Source of the DNA: a virus
DNA length: 52,314 bases
Strand: one strand, 5' to 3'
UHGV virus genome: UHGV-2012089
In this document: positions 27,915 through 35,542 of the stretch, in pieces
How the letters are laid out: each line of letters begins with the position of its first letter
Position numbering within the stretch: position 1 is the first letter of the stretch
Made by a program: the position numbers and the translations under genes
The notes under the pieces: generated by a model
The model's database searches: none
What the model was told of the DNA's origin: nothing
The model's input: the letters and a program-made list of their open reading frames with translations, nothing else

Positions 27915-28646
27915 ATGTATGAAGTAAATGGTGTGAAATATGACGAAAATGTGAATACAAACAAAGCAAACACAGAACAGGGATGGAATACACAGGAACA
28001 GCAACCATATATGGGAACACAAAGAAACAAACGTATGCAAGAAAGCATTGCAGAAGAAGTGTATGTAAAACTTGATGAACACATGCAGAAAGCATTAAGT
28101 TTCCATGAACAGCTTGCAGACTATTTTTGTTTCCTAGGTTTACAAGGCTTTAAGAGAAAGTTAGAATGCCAGTATATGGATGAATGTGCAAATAAAAGAA
28201 AGCTACACCACAAGTACATAAATCTTCACCAAAAATTGATTCCATTAAGACAAGTGCAATTCCCACAGATGATTCCAAGAGATTGGAACAAATACACTAC
28301 AGATGATGTGAATGACAGTGTTCTCCCTAAGTTTGTAAAGAATGCAATGGAACAGTATAAACAGTGGGAACACGAAACAAAAGAACTGTATGAAGAACAG
28401 TGGCAGAAATGTATGAACAATGGAATGGGAGCAGATGCAGAGTATATTTCAAAGCTTATACAGGATGTAACAAAAGAGCTAAAAGAAATAAACAGAATGT
28501 GTGAACAGCTTAATGGCACTGGATATGATGTAATAGCAATTCATAACATGCAAGACAAATACCACAAGAAGTATAAGGACAAATATAATGATACTTATAC
28601 AAATAAGTGGAAGAAAGAAACGAAACATAACAAAACAAATAAATAA
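27915..28646 (+). CDS. helical hypothetical protein, basic C-terminus
   Basis: 243 aa, RBS taaggagg. Confidence 0.45.
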   Translation: MYEVNGVKYDENVNTNKANTEQGWNTQEQQPYMGTQRNKRMQESIAEEVYVKLDEHMQKALSFHEQLADYFCFLGLQGFKRKLECQYMDECANKRKLHHKYINLHQKLIPLRQVQFPQMIPRDWNKYTTDDVNDSVLPKFVKNAMEQYKQWEHETKELYEEQWQKCMNNGMGADAEYISKLIQDVTKELKEINRMCEQLNGTGYDVIAIHNMQDKYHKKYKDKYNDTYTNKWKKETKHNKTNK

Positions 28647-28741
28647 AACAAAGCATAAGGCTATATATTATATATAATATAATTAATATATTTATATATT
28701 TTATATAGCTTTATTTATTTTAAAATATTTTATAAAAAGTA

Positions 28742-28769
28742 TTGACTTTTATTTTAAATATGTTATAAT
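28742..28769 (+). promoter_or_regulatory. sigma70-like promoter with CAAGTTAAAGG box (28776-28786)
   Basis: ttgact, 16 nt spacer, tataat. Confidence 0.5.
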
Positions 28770-28825
28770 ATAATCAAGTTAAAGGAAAACAGTTAATAAA
28801 TAAAACAAACTAGGAGGAAGAACAA

Positions 28826-29017
28826 ATGAAGAAAACATTTAGAGAGTATGGGTTAATAGTAAAAATAGCAGATAATTATTATGAAGTACATTATATTGAT
28901 TTTGATGAAAATTTTGAAGTGATACAGACAGGTACAGAAGATTTCTCATACGATAGAATACAATCGAACATTGTGTTGGCAAGAAAGTTAAAAATGCAGA
29001 ATTTGTTACAAAATTAA
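28826..29017 (+). CDS. hypothetical early protein
   Basis: RBS ctaggagg. Confidence 0.5.
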   Translation: MKKTFREYGLIVKIADNYYEVHYIDFDENFEVIQTGTEDFSYDRIQSNIVLARKLKMQNLLQN

Positions 29018-29022
29018 AAATA

Positions 29023-29055
29023 AGGGGTTGACAAAATCAACCCTTTGATATATAA
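29023..29055 (+). promoter_or_regulatory. bifunctional hairpin/promoter: palindrome GGGTTGAcaaaaTCAACCC containing the -35, then TATAAT; CAAGTTAAGA box at 29061-29070
   Basis: perfect 7-bp inverted repeat overlapping ttgaca. Confidence 0.5.
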
Positions 29056-29105
29056 TTAAATCAAGTTAAGATAGAACAAACAAAACAGAAAAGGAGGAAG
29101 TAGTT

Positions 29106-29318
29106 ATGAAATATGAAGCACATATATCTAATTACTTGTATGAAAAAGTTGAGAAGCTGATGCTTGAAGATGGAACAAAGAAGGATTGGTTTGATGGAGA
29201 ATCATATCCAACTGATATAGAATGGAGAGAGATAGTTATTGAAACATGTATTGATGTGATGAATTATAGAGAATGCAATCCATCAATAGAAGATGCATAT
29301 TTTGATTTAATGCATTAA
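29106..29318 (+). CDS. hypothetical early protein
   Basis: RBS aaaggagg. Confidence 0.5.
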   Translation: MKYEAHISNYLYEKVEKLMLEDGTKKDWFDGESYPTDIEWREIVIETCIDVMNYRECNPSIEDAYFDLMH

Positions 29319-29322
29319 ATAG

Positions 29323-29351
29323 TTGACAAACAGCACCACATAATGTATAAT
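29323..29351 (+). promoter_or_regulatory. sigma70-like promoter with extended -10
   Basis: ttgaca, 17 nt spacer, tgtataat. Confidence 0.5.
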
Positions 29352-29391
29352 AGGTTCATAAGCAAAGATAACAAATTAGGAGGAAATAAAA

Positions 29392-29589
29392 ATGGTAAAA
29401 TATGTAGAGTTTGAAACAATCGTATTAGCAACATATAGAAGAGGGTTAGTTAGTTTTGAAGAAGCAGAAAATAAGTTGTATGGTTATCTGAAATGTATGA
29501 CAGATATAGGAGCAATAAAAGAACATAGAGCAAGTGAAGAGTTTCAGATGGCAGTAAAGAAGTTGTTGGACATTTCAGAAAGGAGATAA
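29392..29589 (+). CDS. hypothetical early protein
   Basis: RBS ttaggagg. Confidence 0.5.
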   Translation: MVKYVEFETIVLATYRRGLVSFEEAENKLYGYLKCMTDIGAIKEHRASEEFQMAVKKLLDISERR

Positions 29590-29595
29590 AACAAA

Positions 29596-29793
29596 ATGAC
29601 ACCATACAATTATAGAAAGCTACAGAGAAAAGTAAAAAGAAAGGTAAGAACACTAAAAAGAGTGTTCCGAACTTTTTGGAAAGAATGGGGCATAACAAAA
29701 CAGGATTTTAATGATATCATAGCTTGTTTGTCATTGTTTGGAATGATTTATATGTTATCAATAATCTGTATAATCGTTTTAAATAAATATTGA
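29596..29793 (+). CDS. small basic protein with C-terminal TM helix
   Basis: basic N-terminus then IIACLSLFGMIYMLSIICIIVL. Confidence 0.45.
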   Translation: MTPYNYRKLQRKVKRKVRTLKRVFRTFWKEWGITKQDFNDIIACLSLFGMIYMLSIICIIVLNKY

Positions 29794-29818
29794 CAAATAA
29801 AAAGCAAAGTGATATAAT
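29789..29818 (+). promoter_or_regulatory. sigma70-like promoter with extended -10
   Basis: ttgaca 29789-29794, tgatataat. Confidence 0.45.
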
Positions 29819-29850
29819 TAAGGCATAAAAAGAAAAGGAGAACAAAACAA

Positions 29851-30495
29851 ATGAGATTTGAAGAAATGAAAGTTGCAGATTTAAAGCAGGAGTCAAGAAA
29901 CAGAGGACTCACATTGGAAAGTAAAGGGCATAAGTTTACAAAACAGGAGCTGATTGATAGACTTAATGCTTATGAGAATGAAGTTGTTGAAAAACAGCTA
30001 GAATCAAACGACGAGGATAATGAAGCATGGGGTGAAGTAAAAAGCGAAACAAAGGTAGAAAAACCAGTTGAAACAAAAGAGGTTAAAGTAAGTACAGACG
30101 AAACAGAAGAAAGAAAATTTGCAACACTTGAAGAAATCGAGATGAAATATGGCTCAAGAAAAGAGCAAAGAATTTATGATAATGTTTTACAGGTTGGGTG
30201 CATGATTTGTTATGTTAGATTTATTGAAACAAAACACGGAAAACTTTTAAAGAAGTTGGGAACAGCAAAAGTTGTTGGAGTAAATAGAAGAAAGGAGCTT
30301 GTAAGAGTACAGACTCCGGTAGGAGAAGTAAAAGAATTAACATTTGATGAACTCATTTTCATTCGTGATGTAAATGTCAGAACATATCCGAAAGATATCA
30401 ATTCAGTATTATATGCACAGAGACAGGCAGTAAAAGAATACAAGGAAAGGACAGGACAGAAGAATGAATACAGCACAGATAGAGCAGAGCGTTAG
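29851..30495 (+). CDS. Rho_N/SAP-like HeH domain protein with C-terminal KOW/OB-like domain
   Basis: N-terminal KVADLKQESRNRGLTLESKGHKFTKQELIDRLNAYE motif. Confidence 0.45.
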   Translation: MRFEEMKVADLKQESRNRGLTLESKGHKFTKQELIDRLNAYENEVVEKQLESNDEDNEAWGEVKSETKVEKPVETKEVKVSTDETEERKFATLEEIEMKYGSRKEQRIYDNVLQVGCMICYVRFIETKHGKLLKKLGTAKVVGVNRRKELVRVQTPVGEVKELTFDELIFIRDVNVRTYPKDINSVLYAQRQAVKEYKERTGQKNEYSTDRAER

Positions 30496-31000
30496 AAGAT
30501 TGTATGAAGCACAGCAAGAGAAAAAGAAGTTTGATGAATACTACAATGAAGTAAGAAAAAAAGAACAGATTACAGTAGCAAATTTCATGTTTACAAATCT
30601 TCCAAAAGGAGAAGAGACTTTTGATATTGAGTTAAAAGATGGGATGAACTATTACACAAATCATGTGAAACTTAAAGTAACAAAAGTTAGAAGAAAGAAG
30701 CTAACATGGAAGTTTGAAAAGTTAAAACAAAACATTTCAAAACAGTTGTACAAAACAGTTGTGAACAAAACATACAAAGTAAATGATATGGATGGACTTA
30801 TTAAGTATTTGAAACAGTGTGGAGTAGATGCGAAGAAGTTCAAAAAGTTCATTGATGTTGAAGAAAGTATGGACGAAGCAAAGTTAGACAGAATGTATGA
30901 AACAGGCAAAATAAGTAAAGAGGACAAAGCGCAGTTAGGAAAATGCTGTGATGTTGAAATATCAGAGCCATACATTAAGATAACAGAACAGAAAGGCTAG
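30464..31000 (+). CDS. hypothetical protein (178 aa)
   Basis: ORF overlapping the upstream stop. Confidence 0.4.
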   Translation: MNTAQIEQSVRRLYEAQQEKKKFDEYYNEVRKKEQITVANFMFTNLPKGEETFDIELKDGMNYYTNHVKLKVTKVRRKKLTWKFEKLKQNISKQLYKTVVNKTYKVNDMDGLIKYLKQCGVDAKKFKKFIDVEESMDEAKLDRMYETGKISKEDKAQLGKCCDVEISEPYIKITEQKG

Positions 31001-31010
31001 AACAGGATGC

Positions 31011-31973
31011 ATGATAAGAACATATGGAGGAAAGGAACTTGCGAAAGTATTAATCTATTATGGAATTGTTGAAGAAATAACAACAATAGAGTTTAATATT
31101 ATATGTCCTTTTCATGATGATATAAACCCATCAATGAGAATTTGTTTAGATGATGGAACATTTTTTTGTTTTGGCTGTGAAGCAAAAGGCAATGCATTAG
31201 ATTTTGTTATGAAAGCACATCCAGAGTTAAATGACTTACAGGCATGTTGTTTATTGGAACAAATATTACATAGTGATAAGATAGAAAAGCTACAAATAAA
31301 GGTCAAAAGAAAGCGTAAGAAACAAAGTAAGCAAGCATTGATTGAAGCAAAGGATTATTACTATGGATTAAAAACAACAGATTGGAATGAAGCAAACAGT
31401 AAGGATGAAAAACAAATAATTGAATACATGAAGAAACGTGGATTCAGTAAACGTGCATTGAATGTTTCAAAGTGTAAATACAATTATAATGTTGCTTACC
31501 CATTTATATTTCCAATATTGGACAATGGAAAGTTTATGGGATGGGTAGGAAGAACAATGAACTCACATGTTGAAAAGAAAAGAAAGTATTTATACAATGA
31601 GGGATTCAGAAAGCGTGACACACTATGTGGAACATATGAAGAGAACTGCATTCCGTATATATGTGAGGGATATATGGATTATTTAAGTCTTAAAACAAGA
31701 GGGCATATAAAAAATGTTGTTGCAATACTTGGATGGCATATATCAGATGAACAGGTAAATAAACTAAAACAAAAAGGAATTAAAACAGTAATATCTGCAT
31801 TAGACAATGATGAATGCGGAATAAAAGGAACAGAATATTTAAAGCGGTTTTTTAATGTTATACGCTTTGATTATCCAGTTGATAAGAAAGACGTGGGGGA
31901 AATGTCAGAGGAAGAAATAAAAGCCGCTAGACAGCGTTCTAGGAGGGTCAGAAAGCATGGTACTAAGATATAG
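31011..31973 (+). CDS. DNA primase (DnaG-like: CHC2 zinc finger plus TOPRIM)
   Basis: CPFHDDINPSMRI...FFCFGCEAKGNALDFV zinc finger; EGYMDYLSL and ALDNDECG TOPRIM acidic motifs. Confidence 0.75.
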   Translation: MIRTYGGKELAKVLIYYGIVEEITTIEFNIICPFHDDINPSMRICLDDGTFFCFGCEAKGNALDFVMKAHPELNDLQACCLLEQILHSDKIEKLQIKVKRKRKKQSKQALIEAKDYYYGLKTTDWNEANSKDEKQIIEYMKKRGFSKRALNVSKCKYNYNVAYPFIFPILDNGKFMGWVGRTMNSHVEKKRKYLYNEGFRKRDTLCGTYEENCIPYICEGYMDYLSLKTRGHIKNVVAILGWHISDEQVNKLKQKGIKTVISALDNDECGIKGTEYLKRFFNVIRFDYPVDKKDVGEMSEEEIKAARQRSRRVRKHGTKI

Positions 31974-32340
31974 AGTGAATTGTAAAATGTGTTTCTATCA
32001 TAAGGATACGCTTGAAAAATTAGTGATTGACAGAGAGATAGGTGGAGAGTATAATGAAGAGAGTGAAGAATACAAGCTGATTTGTATGGACTATGAAGTT
32101 ATGTTTGGATTTAAACGTGATGAAGATAAAGCAAGTTTTGATGAAATGCTTCTAACAGAGCTTGTAAAAAGAGCAAAACAAAAAATGCGTGAAACAATAG
32201 AAAGAATTAACGCTGTGATTAAAAAGTGTTATCTTGAAGATGCAAATGCAGTTGTAGAGTTCGGTGGTTATATCATAAATCCAAAACAGTTTTGTGCAGT
32301 AGAAATCGGTGAGTATAAAACAAACATATCAAAAGAATAA
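31957..32340 (+). CDS. hypothetical protein (127 aa)
   Basis: ORF between primase and SSB. Confidence 0.4.
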   Translation: MVLRYRVNCKMCFYHKDTLEKLVIDREIGGEYNEESEEYKLICMDYEVMFGFKRDEDKASFDEMLLTELVKRAKQKMRETIERINAVIKKCYLEDANAVVEFGGYIINPKQFCAVEIGEYKTNISKE

Positions 32341-32353
32341 AAGGAGAAACAAC

Positions 32354-33157
32354 ATGGGAAAAATTAAGTTATCAGACATTAAGAGTGAAATTTCAAAAAG
32401 TGGCACAAGCAAGGGAAAGTTCATGTTTTTCAAAGAGGACTCAAAAGCAAGAGTTCGTTTCTTAACAGATATGGAAGATGGTTTAGAAATCAAGTTCCAT
32501 GACAGTTTTGCTTTAGGTGTAAACGTTCCATGCCAAGAGGAATTTGGCAGAACTTGTGAGTATTGCGAAGATGAAAATCTGAGAACACGAAAAATGTACC
32601 TTTGGAGTGTCTATGACTACGAAAGCAAAGAAGTAAAACTGTTAATGGCGGCAGTTAATAACTGTTCACCAGTTCCAGCACTTGCTTCATTATATGAAAC
32701 ATATGGAACGCTTCTTGATAGAGATTATGAGATTAAAAGAATTGGTAAAGGGCAGAACACAACATATTCTGTTATTCCGTTAGACAAAGCAAAATTTAGA
32801 AATAACAAAGTAAAGCCATTGTCTGATTCAGCAATCTTAAAATACATTGATAAGGCATATCCATCTGATAACAATGAAGATTTTGATGAAGAGGATGAAC
32901 CTAAGAAGAAATCAAACAAAACAAAAACAAAAGCTAAAACAAAAGTCGAAGAAACAGATGACTGGGATGAAGAAGAGGACGAAACAAATGACTATGAAAG
33001 CATGAAGCCACAGGAGCTTTATAAGCTGTGTAAAGAGCGTGACATTGATTGTAAACCGAAGAAGTCAAAAGAATATTACATTGACCTTTTGGAAGAAGCG
33101 GACGAAGAAAATGATTCTGACGATTGGGATGAAGAAGAGGACGATTGGGAAGAGTAA
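32354..33157 (+). CDS. T4 gp32-like zinc-containing ssDNA-binding protein with acidic C-terminal tail
   Basis: ARVRFLTD resembles gp32 AVIRFLPS; C-x8-C-x2-C (PCQEEFGRTCEYCED) like the gp32 zinc site; acidic tail ending DDWDEEEDDWEE; true ATG 32354 follows RBS aaaggag. Confidence 0.45.
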   Translation: MGKIKLSDIKSEISKSGTSKGKFMFFKEDSKARVRFLTDMEDGLEIKFHDSFALGVNVPCQEEFGRTCEYCEDENLRTRKMYLWSVYDYESKEVKLLMAAVNNCSPVPALASLYETYGTLLDRDYEIKRIGKGQNTTYSVIPLDKAKFRNNKVKPLSDSAILKYIDKAYPSDNNEDFDEEDEPKKKSNKTKTKAKTKVEETDDWDEEEDETNDYESMKPQELYKLCKERDIDCKPKKSKEYYIDLLEEADEENDSDDWDEEEDDWEE

Positions 33158-33532
33158 AACAAAAATAAATGTACAAGGATATGCGAATATATATTCGTAT
33201 TATGTAGAGAAAAAGAGTATTGTACTTTTAAATCAAATAAGAGAGAAATACAAGGAAAGGTATATACATCTTATAGTAATATGTTCAATTATTTTGAAGC
33301 AAAGAACAATGATGGAAAGAATGAATATAATGGTGCAACATTTAGTATTGAAATGGTTGCAAATTTACTTAACATGTATGTTAGAGATAATAGCACTGTG
33401 TATGACCCATTTGCAGGAACGTGTACAACAGCTGTCGCTTGTAAAATGGAGAACAGAAACATAAAATGTATTTGTAGTGAGATAGACAAAGAACAGTGTG
33501 AATATGGAAAGGAGCGTTTGTTGAATGGGTAA
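33158..33532 (+). pseudogene. remnant of a beta-class N6A/N4C DNA methyltransferase (C-terminal AdoMet-binding motif only)
   Basis: FSIEMVANLL...VYDPFAGTCTTAVA...IDKEQCEYGKERL matches the ...LDPFMGSGTTavaA...EIDpeYceiAkkRL end of beta-class MTases; the DPPY catalytic half is absent. The frame is open from the SSB stop codon and overlaps the polymerase start. Confidence 0.5.
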
Positions 33533-34718
33533 TTTTTTTGATTTACACAGGCACACGGAGTATTCATTATTTGATGGGTTTGGAAAGTCTATAAATCTTG
33601 CAAAACACGCAAAGGGATTAGGCTACAGAGCATTAGGAATAAGCGATCATGGAACAATTAGTGGATTAATAAAACATTATCAAGCGTGTAATGAAGTTGG
33701 AATAAAACCTGTTATGGGATGTGAAATATATTTTCAACCAAAATTTAATAAAAAAAATCCGCAAAGGAAATCGTACCACTTAAACTTGTTTGTTAAAAAC
33801 TTACAGGGGTATAAAAACTTGTGTCACATAATGACAGAAGCAAATACAAAGCAATTTTATTACAAACCAATAGTTGATTTTAAGTTGTTAGAAAAGTATT
33901 CAGATGGACTTATATGTACAACAGCTTGTATAGCAAGCGCAACGTCACAAGCTATTTTAAATGGTCATAGAAGCACGGCAGAGCGTTTATTAGATAAGTT
34001 CAAGGAAATATTCAAAGATGATTTGTACGTTGAAATACAGCCATATAAGATAGATGCACAGGGTACACAGCAAAGAACAGATTATGAACTTATGGGAATG
34101 GCAAGAAGAAAACATATTAAATGTATTCTAACAAGTGACTCACATTTTGGAAGTAAGGAAGATTTCGACACATATTGTAAAATGCATGAAATAGGAAAAA
34201 CAACATTGGATGTAAAAAGAACATATAGTGAAAGGTACATGCCTACAGAGTATGAGATAACAGAAAGGTTTGCAAACATCTATAAAAAGAAGTTTAAAAG
34301 ACCAATGGGAATGGCAGAACGATTTGCAGATAACATGAAAGAAATATATAACAAAGTCGAAGATAACATATTAGATGGATTGGAACTAGAACTTCCTAAA
34401 ATATCAGAAGATGGAGCGAAACAACTTGAAACACTAACAAAGCAGGGATTGAAAAACAGAAACAAGTGGAACAAAGAATATTGGAAAAGATGCAAAGAAG
34501 AATTAGAAGTAATTAATTACCACGGTTTTGCAGATTATTTCCTTATTGTTAGAGATTACATAACATGGGCGAAAGAAAATGGAATTGAAACAGGAAAGGG
34601 AAGAGGCTCTGTTTGTAATTGTCTTGTAGCTTATGCAGTAGGAATCACAGAAGTAGACAGCATAAAATATAACCTTGATTTTAGTAGATTTATGAGAAAG
34701 GAAAAGAAGTCGTTGCCT
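33525..34718 (+). CDS. DNA polymerase III alpha (DnaE-like) exon 1: PHP domain and start of palm
   Basis: FDLHRHTEYSLFDG PHP motif; GKGRGSVCNCLVAYAVGITEVDSIKYNLDFSRF matches DnaE GRGSGAGSLVAYALKIT; in-frame stop 34752. Confidence 0.7.
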
Positions 34719-35542
34719 AAACTTAATTGGGCATCATTCGTGAACATTGCTTAATGGTGTGTATTATTATAATATGCTAACGGTATCAGAAAAATAAGAC
34801 TCCTTATTGAAATGTTACAACAAGATAATAGGGCATAAGACCATAGACGAATAATCTGACTAAGAAACCCTAAACCAGTGACGGTGAGATAGAGGGAATA
34901 CCGTGCCAAGTCTATATAGAAAGGAAGTGAATTAGATGTTTAAAAGTATGGAAGAGTTTGACCACCATTCAATAGATGAATATGGAAATGTTTTAAATGA
35001 GAAAACAGGAAATATATTAAAACCTTATGTTGGAAGTGGCGGTTATTTGTATGTGAAGCCATGTGAAAAAAATATAACAAAACATTTGTCAATACATAGA
35101 GCAGTAGCAAAATGTTTTTGTAAAGGGTACAAACCAGAGCTAGTTGTTGACCACATAGATGGAAATGTAAAGAACAATTATTATGAAAATCTTAGATGGT
35201 GTAAGCAAGCAGACAATTTGAAGTATGGATATGAGAGAAGAAAAGATACACCATTCAGAAATTACAGACCATGTAAATTGTATGTTGGAAATAAATTGAT
35301 AGATGAATTTCTAAGTATAACGGAAGCTGTGGAATATGCAGAAAAACACTACAATGTTAAAAGAACAATGTTACATAAACATCTAGTTTATGGAAATGTT
35401 CGTATAGAAAGGTGTAACGACTAGTTTGTGAAGAGAGTAACAAGTGTAGGAATGGAGATAAGCACCATTCCGAAGTGCGAATGCCACAATGGTGGAAGAT
35501 ATAGTCTAGCCTTGATAGTTTGGAAACGAACGACTAAGGTAG
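34719..35542 (+). mobile_element. group I intron (about 824 nt) with HNH homing endonuclease ORF
   Basis: P1 pairing of exon tgccU 34714-34718 with IGS Gggca 34729-33; R/S (P7) core elements aatctgactaag and aagatatagtctag; intron ends in G 35542; exon 2 resumes in a different frame with the DnaE catalytic DIDLDFE motif. Confidence 0.7.
34936..35424 (+). CDS. HNH homing endonuclease (intron-encoded)
   Basis: own RBS gaaaggaag; phage HNH_3-like HRAVAKCF...VDHIDGNVKNNYYENLRW. Confidence 0.7.
   Translation: MFKSMEEFDHHSIDEYGNVLNEKTGNILKPYVGSGGYLYVKPCEKNITKHLSIHRAVAKCFCKGYKPELVVDHIDGNVKNNYYENLRWCKQADNLKYGYERRKDTPFRNYRPCKLYVGNKLIDEFLSITEAVEYAEKHYNVKRTMLHKHLVYGNVRIERCND

Noticed and set aside
27915-28646. 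Assignment of the 243-aa helical protein to the spore coat F / ferritin-like family
   Set aside because: The resemblance (conserved H/E-rich helices) is too vague to support without a profile search. It was left as hypothetical.
28650-28740. Near-palindromic AT-only tract (ctatatattatatataat...ttatatag) as a cos or pac site or origin
   Set aside because: It is only an imperfect AT palindrome adjacent to a promoter UP-like region. Nothing distinguishes it from promoter-associated AT tracts at 1-35 and 9600-9660.
33039-33464. 141-aa ORF overlapping the acidic tail of the SSB gene and the methyltransferase remnant
   Set aside because: It is an alternative frame of a D/E-rich region giving a K/R-rich artefact. 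It has no RBS, and the methyltransferase-like frame explains the downstream part.
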